Counted from the stretch's first letter, positions 1-10,129 are shown. The stretch is DNA of 32,000 bases from an uncultured Actinomycetes bacterium (GCA_963843975.1 CAWJMG010000001.1:810001-842000), one strand, 5' to 3'. Translations and numbers: made by a program. Notes: generated by a model not told the origin, from the sequence alone.

Positions 1-1209
1 GCCCGCCTCGTCGATGAGGTCGATCGCCTTGTCCGGCAGGAAGCGGTCGGTGATGTAGCGGTCGGCCAGGGTGGCCGCCGCGACGAGGGCCGCGTCGGTG
101 ATCGAGACGCGGTGGTGCGACTCGTAGCGGTCGCGCAGACCCTTGAGGATCTCGATGGTGTGCGCGAGCGTCGGCTCCTGCACCTGGATCGGCTGGAAGC
201 GGCGCTCGAGGGCGGCGTCCTTCTCGACGTACTTGCGGTACTCGTCGAGGGTGGTCGCGCCGATGGTCTGCAGCTCGCCACGGGCCAGCATCGGCTTGAG
301 GATCGAGGCCGCGTCGATCGCGCCCTCGGCCGCACCCGCACCGACGAGCGTGTGCATCTCGTCGATGAACAGGATGATGTCGCCGCGGGTGCGGATCTCC
401 TTGAGCACCTTCTTGAGGCGCTCCTCGAAGTCACCGCGGTAGCGGCTGCCCGCGACGAGGGCACCGAGGTCGAGCGTGTAGAGCTGCTTGTCCTTGAGCG
501 TCTCGGGCACCTCGCCCTTGACGATCATCTGGGACAGGCCCTCGACGACGGCGGTCTTGCCGACGCCGGGCTCGCCGATGAGCACCGGGTTGTTCTTGGT
601 GCGGCGGGACAGCACCTGCATGACCCGCTCGATCTCCTTCTCGCGCCCGATGACCGGGTCGAGCTTGCCCTCGCGGGCCGCCTGCGTGAGGTTGCGGCCG
701 AACTGGTCGAGGACGAGGGAGGTCGAGGGGGTGCCCTCGGCCGGGCCGGCCGACTGCTGCGGCTCCTTGCCCTGGTAGCCCGACAGCAGCTGGATGACCT
801 GCTGGCGGACGCGGTTGAGGTCGGCGCCGAGCTTGACGAGGACCTGGGCGGCGACGCCCTCGCCCTCGCGGATCAGGCCGAGCAGGATGTGCTCGGTGCC
901 GATGTAGTTGTGGCCGAGCTGCAGCGCCTCGCGCAGGGACAGCTCGAGCACCTTCTTGGCACGCGGGGTGAAGGGGATGTGGCCGGACGGGGCCTGCTGG
1001 CCCTGGCCGATGATCTCCTCGACCTGCTGGCGCACGGCCTCGAGCGAGATGCCGAGGGACTCGAGCGCCTTGGCCGCGACACCCTCGCCCTCGTGGATGA
1101 GGCCGAGCAGGATGTGCTCGGTGCCGATGTAGTTGTGGTTGAGCATCCGGGCCTCTTCCTGGGCCAGGACGACGACCCGGCGAGCCCGGTCGGTGAACCT
1201 CTCGAACAT
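1..1209 (-). CDS. clpC: ATP-dependent Clp protease ATP-binding subunit ClpC, N-terminal ~403 codons (3' end lies beyond the window start)
   Basis: Absent from the ORF track because it runs off the edge. The reverse complement of 1141-1209 reads [23 protein letters not shown]. The reverse complement of 1-81 reads [34 protein letters not shown] Shine-Dalgarno (1217-1222) lies 7 nt upstream of the ATG. Confidence 0.93.
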   Translation of the reverse strand, partial: MFERFTDRARRVVVLAQEEARMLNHNYIGTEHILLGLIHEGEGVAAKALESLGISLEAVRQQVEEIIGQGQQAPSGHIPFTPRAKKVLELSLREALQLGHNYIGTEHILLGLIREGEGVAAQVLVKLGADLNRVRQQVIQLLSGYQGKEPQQSAGPAEGTPSTSLVLDQFGRNLTQAAREGKLDPVIGREKEIERVMQVLSRRTKNNPVLIGEPGVGKTAVVEGLSQMIVKGEVPETLKDKQLYTLDLGALVAGSRYRGDFEERLKKVLKEIRTRGDIILFIDEMHTLVGAGAAEGAIDAASILKPMLARGELQTIGATTLDEYRKYVEKDAALERRFQPIQVQEPTLAHTIEILKGLRDRYESHHRVSITDAALVAAATLADRYITDRFLPDKAIDLIDEAG

Positions 1210-1237
1210 CTGCACTCTCCTCACACGAGCGGACGCG

Positions 1238-1280
1238 TTGCGACCGTTCTCGCAAGCCTAGCCCCGGGAGTCCCGGGGCT
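1238..1280. promoter_or_regulatory. Two palindromes in the clpC leader / divergent promoter region
   Basis: TTGCGA-N6-TCGCAA at 1238-1255. A 9-bp stem AGCCCCGGG / CCCGGGGCT with a 3-nt loop at 1260-1280. Both are non-coding and upstream of the clpC ATG. Confidence 0.25.
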
Positions 1281-1504
1281 CACCTCCGCAGAACCCGCCT
1301 GGCGCACAAGACGTTCCTTGCACCGTTACGCCCTCGGTGAACCGGGCCCGCCGCGCGGGGTCCGGGCGGCCCCCGTAGCGCCCGCCGGACGCACCCGGGA
1401 CCGGTCCGACGCGGACCGCCGAACCTTCGGCTCGCGCGGATCAGGGCCGGCGGCTCGGGGAGTCCTCCCACCCGGCGGGCCCGAGGTCCGACAGGATCGG
1501 CGCC

Positions 1505-3538
1505 ATGTCGGTCAGGCTGCGCCTCTTCCTCGCAAGCACGCTCATGCTGTTCACCGAGCTCATGCTCATCCGGTGGCTGGGCGCCAACCTGCTGCACCTG
1601 TCCTACTTCTCCAACATCGTGCTCCTGGGCTCCTTCCTCGGCATCGGTCTCGGCTTCCTGATCGCCAAGCCGGGCCGCGCCCGAGGCTGGTGGTTCGCCC
1701 CGGCCCTCGCCATGCTGCTGGTCGCCGTCCCGTTCATCCCGGGAGGCGTCGACCAGACCGGCAGCGACCTCATCTACTTCACGGCGGTCAGCACCGAGGG
1801 CTCGTGGCCGCCGGTGGTCACCCTGACGCTGGTGTTCATAGCGGTCGCCGCGGTGATGACCGGGCCGGCCGTCATGGTGGCCGAGTGCTTCTTCGAGCTC
1901 CCCCGGCTGGATGCCTACCGCTTCGACCTGCTGGGCAGCCTCGCGGGCACCGTCGCCTTCGCCGTGCTGTCGTACGCCGGCGCCGGCCCGATCGTGTGGT
2001 CGATCATCATCGCCGCCCTCGTCCTGCTTCTCGTGCGCGCTTACCGGATCGGCTGGCAGGTGCTGGCCGTCGTGGCCGTGGTCGTCGTCATCGGCACCAT
2101 GTCGTACGGGGTCGTGAAGAAGGGCGACATCTGGTCGCCGTACTACAAGATCAACGTGCTGGACCAGGTCGCGACCGACCAGAGCGGCAAGCAGACCCCG
2201 GCGTACGCCGTGATCGCGAACGGCGTGCCGCACCAGGCGATCGTCGACCTCGACTTCCGCCTCGAGGCGGAGCCGTTCTACGCACAGCCCTACAAGCGCA
2301 TCACCCCCGGCCCGGTGGGCGACGTGCTCGTCGTCGGTGCCGGCAACGGCTCGGACGTCGCCCTCGCGCTTCGCCAGGGCGCCACGCACGTCGACGCGGT
2401 CGAGATCGACCCACGCATCAAGCGGCTCGGCGTCGAGCTGCACCCGCAGAAGCCGTACGACGACCCGCGGGTGACGCCGTACATCGGCGACGGCCGTGCG
2501 TTCCTGCACACCACGGACAAGAAGTACGACCTCGTGATCTTCGCGCTGCCGGACTCGCTGACCCTGGTCGCGGGCTCGAACCAGCTGCGCCTGGAGAGCT
2601 ACCTGTTCACGCAGGAGGCGCTCGAGGACGTGAAGGCGGTGCTGAACCCCGGCGGCGCGTTCGCGATGTACAACTACTACCGCGAGGACTGGCTCATCGG
2701 CCGCCTCGCCAACACCGCCGAGGCCGCCTTCGGCCACAAGCCCTGCGTCGACGCGTTCCGCGCCCGAAGCGCCGTGATCGTCGTCGGCGTCACCGAGGCC
2801 GATCAGCAGTGCGGCGACCCTGCGACCGAGGCCTCTGTCGTCACCGAGCTCTCGGGCCCGCCCCCCGTCCACGACGAGCGGCCGTTCCTCTACCTCAAGG
2901 AGCCGGGCATCCCCGGCACGTTCCTGCTCGTGATCGCCGTCATCCTGATCGTGTCGCTGCTCGCCGTACGCCTCATCGGCGGACCGCTGCGCCGCATGGC
3001 GCCGTACGCCGACCTCGCGTGCCTGGGCGCCGCGTTCCTGCTCCTGGAGACGCGGGCGGTGACGTGGTCGGCGCTGCTGTTCGGCACCACCTGGGTGGTC
3101 AACGCGATCGTCTTCGCGGGCGTGCTCATCGTGGTGCTGCTCGCCGTCGAGGTCACGAGACGCATGAAGAACCGGCCGTCGCGGCCGGTGGCCTTCGGGC
3201 TGCTCGGCGTGACGCTGCTCATCGCCTGGCTGGTGCCGACGTCGTGGCTGCTCAGCCTGCCGATCGGCGTGCGGGTGGTCGCGGCGGTGCTCATCGCGTT
3301 CGGCCCGGTGTTCGCCTCGAACATCGTGTTCGCGACGCGGTTCGACACCACCGAGGACGCCACCGGCGCGTTCGCCGCGAACCTGCTCGGGGCGATGGTC
3401 GGCGGGTGCCTGGAGTACGTCGCGCTGATCGTCGGCTACCCGGCTCTGCTCGGCCTCGCCGGCCTGCTCTACCTCGCGGCGTTCGCGCTCGGGCCCAAGG
3501 TGAAGGTGCCTGTGGGCGTGGGGGCCGGCTCGGCCTAG
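1505..3538 (+). CDS. Polytopic membrane protein with a central spermidine-synthase-like (class I SAM-fold aminopropyltransferase-like) domain
   Basis: 677-aa ORF. Hydrophobic helices fill roughly the first 200 aa and the last 200 aa. The central domain has VLVVGAGNGSDVALALRQGATHVDAVEIDPRI ... DLVIFALPDS, a Rossmann nucleotide-binding motif as in SpeE-like proteins. Confidence 0.75.
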   Translation: MSVRLRLFLASTLMLFTELMLIRWLGANLLHLSYFSNIVLLGSFLGIGLGFLIAKPGRARGWWFAPALAMLLVAVPFIPGGVDQTGSDLIYFTAVSTEGSWPPVVTLTLVFIAVAAVMTGPAVMVAECFFELPRLDAYRFDLLGSLAGTVAFAVLSYAGAGPIVWSIIIAALVLLLVRAYRIGWQVLAVVAVVVVIGTMSYGVVKKGDIWSPYYKINVLDQVATDQSGKQTPAYAVIANGVPHQAIVDLDFRLEAEPFYAQPYKRITPGPVGDVLVVGAGNGSDVALALRQGATHVDAVEIDPRIKRLGVELHPQKPYDDPRVTPYIGDGRAFLHTTDKKYDLVIFALPDSLTLVAGSNQLRLESYLFTQEALEDVKAVLNPGGAFAMYNYYREDWLIGRLANTAEAAFGHKPCVDAFRARSAVIVVGVTEADQQCGDPATEASVVTELSGPPPVHDERPFLYLKEPGIPGTFLLVIAVILIVSLLAVRLIGGPLRRMAPYADLACLGAAFLLLETRAVTWSALLFGTTWVVNAIVFAGVLIVVLLAVEVTRRMKNRPSRPVAFGLLGVTLLIAWLVPTSWLLSLPIGVRVVAAVLIAFGPVFASNIVFATRFDTTEDATGAFAANLLGAMVGGCLEYVALIVGYPALLGLAGLLYLAAFALGPKVKVPVGVGAGSA

Positions 3539-3975
3539 GCGGGAGGACGCCGGTCGCGCTCCATCCAGGTCTGCGGCTTCGCCAGTGGCGTGAAGCCGTG
3601 GCGGGCGTACACCTCGTGGGCGTCCAGGGTGGCGAGGATCTGACGGGCGACGCCGGTCGCTTCGACGGCGTCGAACACCGTGCCGACCAGCCACGTGCCG
3701 ATGCCGCGGCCGCGGTAGGCCTCGGTGACGATCACGTCGCAGATCCAGGCGAAGGTGGCGCGGTCGGTGACCGCCCGGGCGAACCCGACCTGCTGGTCCC
3801 CGTCGTACACGCCGAAGACCCACGAGCCGCGCACCGACGACTCGACCGCCTCGGGCGTGCGCGCGTTCGCCCAGTAGCCCTCGCCGACGACCATCGCGTA
3901 GGTGGCGTCGAGGTCGATCCGGGCCGGGTCGTCGTCGATCACGAGCCCGTCGTCACGGCGGGCGAGGACGGCCAT
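3535..3975 (-). CDS. GNAT family N-acetyltransferase
   Basis: 146-aa ORF with the acetyl-CoA motif RGRGIGTWLVGTVFDAV. It starts 11 nt after the lsr2 stop, so it is probably co-transcribed. Confidence 0.8.
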   Translation of the reverse strand: MAVLARRDDGLVIDDDPARIDLDATYAMVVGEGYWANARTPEAVESSVRGSWVFGVYDGDQQVGFARAVTDRATFAWICDVIVTEAYRGRGIGTWLVGTVFDAVEATGVARQILATLDAHEVYARHGFTPLAKPQTWMERDRRPPA

Positions 3976-3986
3976 GAGCTGGCCGG

Positions 3987-4328
3987 TCAGCCCTGCGCGG
4001 CCTGGTACTTGGCGAGCAGGTCGGCGCTGATGCGGCCGCGCTCATTGACCGCAATGCCCTCGCCCTTGGCCCAGGCGCGGACCTCTGCGGGGTCGATCCC
4101 GCCCGTGCTCTTCCCGGTGGTGCGCCCGGCCGAGGAGGTCGATCGCCGTCCGCCGCCGATGCGCCGGCCATGGCCGACGTAGGGGGCGAGCAGGTCGCGC
4201 AGGCGTGCGGCGTTGTCGTGGGTGAGGTCGATCTCGTACGAGACGCCGTCCAGGGAGAAGGTGACGGTCTCGTCGGCCGTCCCGCCGTCGAGGTCGTCCA
4301 CGAGCACGACCTGCACCTTCTGGGCCAT
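3987..4328 (-). CDS. lsr2: Nucleoid-associated protein Lsr2
   Basis: [35 protein letters not shown]... and C-terminal [30 protein letters not shown] match the Lsr2 dimerisation and AT-hook-like DNA-binding domains. I chose the ATG at 4328 (AGGA ~9 nt upstream) rather than the track start at 4457. Confidence 0.92.
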   Translation of the reverse strand: MAQKVQVVLVDDLDGGTADETVTFSLDGVSYEIDLTHDNAARLRDLLAPYVGHGRRIGGGRRSTSSAGRTTGKSTGGIDPAEVRAWAKGEGIAVNERGRISADLLAKYQAAQG

Positions 4329-4347
4329 GGTCACCATTCCTGTCGCA

Positions 4348-4488
4348 ATTACCGGGGGAAATGCCGCAGGAATTCCTGGGGCGCGAAAAGGAAAGCACAT
4401 GCGGGGCAGCGTTAGGAAATTCACGGCGGTGAATTCCACGAAGGCCGGACTATCCACACCTGGGGATTACCGGTGGATTCCCGGTAAT
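4348..4488. promoter_or_regulatory. AT-enriched, palindrome-dense lsr2/ppc divergent control region
   Basis: ATTACCGG at 4348-4355. A perfect 12-bp palindrome CAGGAATTCCTG at 4367-4378. AATTCAC-GGCG-GTGAATT at 4418-4435. ATTACCGG-N7-CCGGTAAT at 4466-4488. My hand count gives ~57% GC over 4341-4440, visibly below the flanking sequence. Confidence 0.4.
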
Positions 4489-4632
4489 GCGACCGACACA
4501 ATGCGTCGGCCAGGCGCCGGACATCCCGCGCCGGGCAGCGGCGGTCAGGGCACCCTGACCGCCCCGGTAGGCTGGCCCCGGTGCGTCAGTGACGCCGCGC
4601 CGTCCCCTGGACGAACTCGCGGACGGACGCTC

Positions 4633-7428
4633 ATGGCCAGCGACCTGCACCCCTTCTCCGACCCCGCCCTCGGCGTGTCCGAGGACACCGCCGCCCTGCG
4701 CCGCGACATCCGCGCCCTCGGCGAGCTGCTCGGGGCCACCCTCGTGCGCCAGGAGTCGGCCGATCTCCTCGCCCTGGTCGAGCAGATCCGGCGCAGCGCC
4801 CGCACCGACCTCGGCGACACCTCCGACCTGCTCGCGGGCCTCGACGTCGAGACCGCCACCCGCCTGGCGCGCGCCTTCTCGACGTACTTCCACCTGGCCA
4901 ACGTCACCGAGCAGGTGCACCGCGAGCGCGAGCAGCGCAACGCCCGCCGCGTCGCCGGCGACCCGCTCTCGCGCGCGGCCACGCGCATCTCCGCGGCGAT
5001 CAGCGCCGGCGAGGTGACCACCGAGTCGGTCGCCGACGGCATCTCGCGCCTGTCGGCCCGACCCGTCTTCACCGCCCACCCCACCGAGGCCGCCCGCCGC
5101 TCGGTGCTGCTCAAGCTGCGCGCGATCGCCGACCTTCTCGACCGGTCCGAGGGCGACGGCGTCGGGCTCGAGGACGCACGGGTGTCGGCTCGGGCCGCCG
5201 AGCTCGTCGACCTGCTGTGGCAGACCGACGAGCTGCGCCTGGACCGCCCCGAGGTGCTCGACGAGGCGCGCAACGCCCTCTACTACCTCGACGACCTCGC
5301 CCACGGCCCGGTCGCCGAGGTGCTGGACGACCTCGCGCACGCGCTCTCGACCGTCGGCGTCACCCTGCCCTCGGACGCGCGACCGCTGTCGTTCGGCTCG
5401 TGGATCGGCGGCGACCGCGACGGCAACCCGTTCGTGACGCCGGACGTCACGCTCCGCGTCGTCGACCTCGTGCGCGACCACGCGATCCGCGACCTGCTCC
5501 CGGTGATCGACAAGCTGCTCGAGGACCTCTCGGTGTCCGAGCGGCTCAACGAGGTCACCCCCGAGCTCCGGGCCTCGCTCGACGCCGACCTCGCGACTCT
5601 GACCGAGCTCGACCCCCGCTACCGCCGGCTCAACGCCGAGGAGCCCTACCGGCTCAAGCTCACCTGCGTGCGGGCGAAGCTGGTCAACACCCGCACCCGC
5701 ATCGGCGGCGGCACCCCGCACCGGCCGGGGCGCGACTACCTCTCCACCCGCGACCTGCTCGACGACCTGATGCTCGTGCAGACCTCGCTCGAGGCCAACC
5801 GTGGCGAGCTCGCCGCACGCGGCGTCGTCGCCCGCGCGATCCGCACGGTGGCGGCGTTCGGCCTGTCTCTCGTGACGCTCGACGTCCGCGAGCACGCGTC
5901 GATGCACCACTCGGCCATCGGTGCGCTCGTCGACCGGCTCGGCGAGCAGGGCTGGCGCTACGAGGACCTGCCGCGCGAGCACCGACTGCGGCTGCTGTCG
6001 ACCGAGCTCGCCTCGCGGCGACCGCTCGCCTCGACCCCGCCGCCGCTCGAGGGCGACGACCTGCGCACCTACAACGCGTTCGTCGCGATCCGCGAGGCGC
6101 TCGACAAGTACGGCCCCGAGGTGTGCGAGACCTACATCGTCTCGATGACCAAGGGTGTCGACGACGTCCTCGCCGCGGTCGTCCTCGCGCGCGAGGCGGG
6201 TCTCGTCGACCTCGCCGGAGGCGTCGCGCGCGTGGGCTTCTCGCCGCTGCTCGAGACCGTCGACGAGCTGCGCCGCGCCGGCGACCTGCTCGACGGCCTG
6301 CTCGCGGACCCGTCGTACCGCGAGATCGTCTCGCTGCGCGGCGACGTGCAGGAGGTCATGCTCGGCTACTCCGACTCCAACAAGGACGCCGGCATCACCA
6401 CGTCGCAGTGGGAGATCCACCTGGCCCAGCGACGGCTGCGCGACGTCGCCCGCGCGCACGGCGTACGCCTGCGGCTGTTCCACGGCCGCGGCGGCACGGT
6501 CGGCCGCGGTGGCGGCCCGACCTACGAGGCCGTGCTCTCCCAGCCGTGGGGCGTGCTCGACGGCGAGATCAAGCTGACCGAGCAGGGCGAGGTCATCTCC
6601 GACAAGTACCTCCTGCCCGGTCTCGCCCGCGAGAACCTCGAGCTGCTGCTGGCCGCGGTGGTCGAGGCGACCGTGCTCCACCAGCAGCCGCGCGCGAACG
6701 CCGTGAACCTCTCGAGCTGGGACCCGGCCATGGACCTCGTGTCGGCCGAGGCGCAGAAGGCCTACCGCCGACTCGTCGACGACCCCGACCTGCCGCGCTA
6801 CTTCGCCACCTCGACCCCGGTCGAGGAGCTCGCCGACATGCATCTCGGTTCGCGTCCGGCCCGTCGCGCCTCGGCCGACGCGGGCATCGAGTCGCTGCGC
6901 GCGATCCCGTGGGTGTTCGGCTGGACGCAGTCCCGCCAGATCGTGCCCGGCTGGTTCGGCGTGGGCTCAGGGCTGCGCGCGGCGCGCGAGGCGGGCCTCG
7001 GCGACGTCCTGCAGGAGATGCAGGAGGAGTGGCACTTCTTCCGCAACTTCATCTCCAACGTGGAGATGACGCTTGCCAAGACCGACCTGCGGGTGGCGCG
7101 CGAGTACGTCGATGCCCTCGTGCCGGGCGAGCTGCAGCACGTGTTCGCCGCGATCGAGGCCGAGCACGCCCTCACCGTGGCGGAGGTGCTCGCGCTGACG
7201 GGCGAGTCCGAGCTGCTGGGCGCGCAGCCCACGCTGGCCTCCACCCTGACCACGCGCGACCGCTACCTGCTGCCGCTGCAGCTGCTGCAGGTGCAGCTGC
7301 TGGCACGTGTGCGGGGCGCCCGTGCGACCACCGCCGAGGGCGAGCACTCCGACGTCGAGCCGACCCTGCGTCGGGCGCTGCTGCTCACGGTCAACGGCAT
7401 CGCCACCGGCCTGCGCAACACCGGCTGA
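4633..7428 (+). CDS. ppc: Phosphoenolpyruvate carboxylase
   Basis: 931 aa from the ATG at 4633. It has [37 protein letters not shown] and the canonical C-terminal GLRNTG. The track's upstream extension (4213-4632) overlaps lsr2 and has poor third-position GC. Confidence 0.93.
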   Translation: MASDLHPFSDPALGVSEDTAALRRDIRALGELLGATLVRQESADLLALVEQIRRSARTDLGDTSDLLAGLDVETATRLARAFSTYFHLANVTEQVHREREQRNARRVAGDPLSRAATRISAAISAGEVTTESVADGISRLSARPVFTAHPTEAARRSVLLKLRAIADLLDRSEGDGVGLEDARVSARAAELVDLLWQTDELRLDRPEVLDEARNALYYLDDLAHGPVAEVLDDLAHALSTVGVTLPSDARPLSFGSWIGGDRDGNPFVTPDVTLRVVDLVRDHAIRDLLPVIDKLLEDLSVSERLNEVTPELRASLDADLATLTELDPRYRRLNAEEPYRLKLTCVRAKLVNTRTRIGGGTPHRPGRDYLSTRDLLDDLMLVQTSLEANRGELAARGVVARAIRTVAAFGLSLVTLDVREHASMHHSAIGALVDRLGEQGWRYEDLPREHRLRLLSTELASRRPLASTPPPLEGDDLRTYNAFVAIREALDKYGPEVCETYIVSMTKGVDDVLAAVVLAREAGLVDLAGGVARVGFSPLLETVDELRRAGDLLDGLLADPSYREIVSLRGDVQEVMLGYSDSNKDAGITTSQWEIHLAQRRLRDVARAHGVRLRLFHGRGGTVGRGGGPTYEAVLSQPWGVLDGEIKLTEQGEVISDKYLLPGLARENLELLLAAVVEATVLHQQPRANAVNLSSWDPAMDLVSAEAQKAYRRLVDDPDLPRYFATSTPVEELADMHLGSRPARRASADAGIESLRAIPWVFGWTQSRQIVPGWFGVGSGLRAAREAGLGDVLQEMQEEWHFFRNFISNVEMTLAKTDLRVAREYVDALVPGELQHVFAAIEAEHALTVAEVLALTGESELLGAQPTLASTLTTRDRYLLPLQLLQVQLLARVRGARATTAEGEHSDVEPTLRRALLLTVNGIATGLRNTG

Positions 7429-7548
7429 CCGCGTCACTCACCCAAGAGCCAGAGAACACACGGGTTCTCGGGCGCTTCGGCCAGTGGCGCGGCGGGTCCC
7501 GCAACGGCGTCGGGTCGCCGTCCGCCGCGGCAGGCGGACAATGGAGGC

Positions 7549-8049
7549 ATGGCCACCGACGAGACGCTGTTCGACCTCAGCTACACCAACCCCGCCGGGC
7601 AGCAGGTGGCTCTCGAGCAGTACGTCGGGCGCCCGGTGCTCGTCGTCAACACGGCCAGCAAGTGCGGGCTCACCCCGCAGTACGAGGCGCTGCAGGCCCT
7701 GCACGAGGAGTACGCCGACCGCGGCCTCGTGGTGCTCGGCTTCCCGTGCGACCAGTTCGCCCACCAGGAGCCCGGTGACGACGCCGCCATCGAGCAGTTC
7801 TGCTCGATCAACTACGGCGTGACGTTCCCGCTCTCGACCAAGGTCGACGTCAACGGTCGCAAGACCGACCCGGTGTTCGGCTTCCTGAAGAAGCGCGCCG
7901 GCGGCCTGCTGTCGTCGACGATCAAGTGGAACTTCACCAAGTTCCTCGTCGCCCCCGACGGCACCACGGTCACCCGCTACGCCCCCAAGACCGACCCCGC
8001 GACGATGCGCGACGACATCGAGACCCTCCTCGCCGACCTCACCGCCTGA
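7549..8049 (+). CDS. Glutathione peroxidase (Cys-type, BtuE/Gpx family)
   Basis: 166 aa with VVNTASKCGLTPQY, LGFPCDQFAHQEPG and IKWNFTKFLV motifs. Confidence 0.9.
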   Translation: MATDETLFDLSYTNPAGQQVALEQYVGRPVLVVNTASKCGLTPQYEALQALHEEYADRGLVVLGFPCDQFAHQEPGDDAAIEQFCSINYGVTFPLSTKVDVNGRKTDPVFGFLKKRAGGLLSSTIKWNFTKFLVAPDGTTVTRYAPKTDPATMRDDIETLLADLTA

Positions 8050-8053
8050 TCCT

Positions 8054-8105
8054 CGATTTGGTAGTGCTAGGGCGGCGTATACGCCGCCTTAGCACTACCG
8101 AATCG
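8054..8105. repeat. Palindromic extragenic element, copy 1 (also a likely bidirectional terminator)
   Basis: CGATTTGGTAGTGCTAGGGCGGCGTA / TACGCCGCCTTAGCACTACCGAATCG gives 26-bp arms with two non-Watson-Crick positions (T8059-G8100, G8070-T8089). It exactly fills the gap between two convergent genes. The outer 17 nt recur at 18404-18455. Confidence 0.75.
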
Positions 8106-8107
8106 GG

Positions 8108-8617
8108 CTAGAGGACGAGCAGCATGCGGTGGTTGCCGAGGGTGTTCGGCTTCACGCGCTCGAGGTCGAGGAACTCGGCCACGCCCTCGTCGTACGACCG
8201 CAGGAGCTGCTCGAAGACGTCGTGGTCGACGGGCGTGCCCTCGATCTCGACGAAGCCGTGCCGGCCGAAGAACTCGGTCTCGAAGGTCAGGCAGAAGACC
8301 TTCGCGACGCCGAGCTCACGCGCCCGCTCGATGAGCGCTGAGAGCAGCACGCTGCCGATGCCGGTGCCGACGAACCTCGGGTCGACCGCCACGGTGCGCA
8401 CCTCGGCGAGGTCCTCCCAGAACACGTGCACCGCGCCGCAGCCGACGACCTCGCCGTCGAGGTCGGCGACGAGGAACTCGGTGATGTCCTCGTAGAGCGC
8501 GACCGTCGCCTTGGACAGCAGGCGGCGCTCGGGCGCGTAGGTGTCGACGAGGCCGCGGATCGCTCGGACGTCGGCCGTGCGGGCGTGCCGGACGACGACG
8601 CGGGACGCCGGGCTCAT
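8108..8617 (-). CDS. Single-domain GNAT amino-acid N-acetyltransferase (short N-acetylglutamate-synthase-like type)
   Basis: 169 aa: [27 protein letters not shown]...[23 protein letters not shown]...[20 protein letters not shown]...[15 protein letters not shown]. From memory it closely resembles the mycobacterial short-form NAGS. Its ATG overlaps the lysS TGA (ATGA at 8614-8617). Confidence 0.75.
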   Translation of the reverse strand: MSPASRVVVRHARTADVRAIRGLVDTYAPERRLLSKATVALYEDITEFLVADLDGEVVGCGAVHVFWEDLAEVRTVAVDPRFVGTGIGSVLLSALIERARELGVAKVFCLTFETEFFGRHGFVEIEGTPVDHDVFEQLLRSYDEGVAEFLDLERVKPNTLGNHRMLLVL

Positions 8618-10122
8618 TCGGGCTTCACGAGCGGGAACAGGATCGTCTCCCGGATGTTGAGGCCCGTGAGGTTCATGAGCAGGCGGTCGATGCCGACGCC
8701 CACACCGCCCGACGGCGGCATGCCGAACTCCAGGGCGCGCAGGAAGTCCTCGTCGACCTGCATGGCCTCGACGTCGCCGCCGGCCTTGAGCAACGACTGC
8801 GCGACCAGGCGCTCGCGCTGCAGGACCGGGTCGACGAGCTCCGAGTACCCGGTGCCCTGCTCGTTGCCGTCGATGTAGAGATCCCACTTCTCGACGACGC
8901 CGGGCTGCGTGCGGTGGCCGCGCACGAGCGGCGAGGTGTCCTCGGGGTAGTCGAAGACGAACGTCGGCTCCGTGAGGTGCTCGACGACGTGGTGCTCGAG
9001 CAGCTCCTCGACGTACTTGCCGGCGACCCAGGTCTTCTCGGGCTTGATGCCGACGGCCTCGCAGAGCTCGCGCAGCTCCTCGACGGGGGTGAACGGCGTG
9101 ATCTCGCGGCCCACGGCCTCGGACACCGAGGGGTAGACGTAGACCTCGCCCCACGTGCCGGAGAAGTCGCACTCCCGGCCGTCGTAGCGGGTGAACTGCA
9201 AGGAGCCGTGCGCCGCGATCGTCGCCTCCTGGATCAGCTCGCGCGTCATCGCGGCGTTGGTGCGGTAGTCGGCGTACTCCTCGTAGTACTCGAGCATCGC
9301 GAACTCCGGCGAGTGCGTGGAGTCGGCGCCCTCGTTGCGGAAGTTGCGGTTGATCTCGAACACGCGCTCCATGCCGCCGACGATGCAGCGCTTCAGGAAC
9401 AGCTCCGGAGCGATGCGCAGGAAGAGGCTCATGTCGAACGCGTTGGAGTGCGTGACGAACGGCCGAGCGGTGGCGCCGCCGTGCTGCGTCTGCAGCATCG
9501 GCGTCTCGACCTCGAGGAAGCCGCGGCGGGCGAAGCTCTCGCGCAGCGCGGCCACGACGGCGACACGCAGGCGGGCGACCTCGCGGGCCTGCGGGCGGAC
9601 GACGAGGTCGACGTACCGCTGCCGCACGCGGGTCTCCTCGGCGAGCGGCTTGTGCTCGACCGGCAGCGGGCGCAGCGTCTTGGCCGCGAGCACCCACGAC
9701 TCGGCCAGGATCGAGAGCTCGCCGCGACGTGAGGTGATCACCTCGCCCGTCACGCTGACGTGGTCGCCGAGGTCGACGTCGGACTTCCAGTCGGCCAGCC
9801 GCTCCTCGCCCACCTTGTCGAGCGAGAGCATCGCCTGGATCTCGGCGCCTCCGCCCGCGCGCAGAGTGGCGAAGCAGAGCTTGCCGGTGTTGCGCACGAA
9901 GATGACCCGGCCGGCGATGGAGACGATCTCGCCGGTGGCCGTGTCGGGCTCGAGGTCGGGGTGGGCCGCGCGCACCTCGGCGATCGAGTGGGTGCGCGGC
10001 ACCGAGACGGGGTAGGCGTCCTGGCCCGAGTCGAGCAGGCGCTGGCGCTTGTCCCGACGTACCCGGATCTGCTCGGGGAGGTCGTCCTCGGCGTCGACGG
10101 GCACGGCGGGCTGGTCAGTCAT
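8614..10122 (-). CDS. lysS: Lysine--tRNA ligase (class II)
   Basis: 502 aa from the ATG at 10122 ([10 protein letters not shown]...). It has an OB anticodon-binding domain and class II motifs: [45 protein letters not shown]. The track's longer form (to 10929) is antisense to a real gene. Confidence 0.93.
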   Translation of the reverse strand: MTDQPAVPVDAEDDLPEQIRVRRDKRQRLLDSGQDAYPVSVPRTHSIAEVRAAHPDLEPDTATGEIVSIAGRVIFVRNTGKLCFATLRAGGGAEIQAMLSLDKVGEERLADWKSDVDLGDHVSVTGEVITSRRGELSILAESWVLAAKTLRPLPVEHKPLAEETRVRQRYVDLVVRPQAREVARLRVAVVAALRESFARRGFLEVETPMLQTQHGGATARPFVTHSNAFDMSLFLRIAPELFLKRCIVGGMERVFEINRNFRNEGADSTHSPEFAMLEYYEEYADYRTNAAMTRELIQEATIAAHGSLQFTRYDGRECDFSGTWGEVYVYPSVSEAVGREITPFTPVEELRELCEAVGIKPEKTWVAGKYVEELLEHHVVEHLTEPTFVFDYPEDTSPLVRGHRTQPGVVEKWDLYIDGNEQGTGYSELVDPVLQRERLVAQSLLKAGGDVEAMQVDEDFLRALEFGMPPSGGVGVGIDRLLMNLTGLNIRETILFPLVKPE

Positions 10123-10129
10123 GCGCGCA

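Noticed and set aside
3535-3538. The convergent spermidine-synthase-like gene and GNAT gene share the palindromic tetranucleotide CTAG as overlapping stop codons.
   Set aside because: It is real but trivial. It follows from two TAG stops abutting, and I can argue no regulatory implication.
112-4182. A giant 1356-aa + strand ORF, and similar long ORFs (1280-3823 -, 4450-6843 -, 5217-7778 +, 12033-13460 -, 13918-15612 +, 18719-20095 -, 29760-31739 +).
   Set aside because: Their translations are monotonous Arg/Ala/Pro/Gly strings with no motifs. They overlap, antisense or off-frame, genes with unmistakable family signatures. Stop codons are simply rare in high-GC DNA.
4213-4632. An N-terminal extension of ppc (the track ORF starts at 4213).
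   Set aside because: It overlaps lsr2 and the AT-rich intergenic region. Third-position GC is poor upstream of 4633, and the PEPC homology begins at MASDLHPF.
7452-7469. A GAGAAC-N6-GTTCTC hairpin after ppc as a terminator.
   Set aside because: The stem is only 6 bp with no U-tract and no extension, which is too weak to call.
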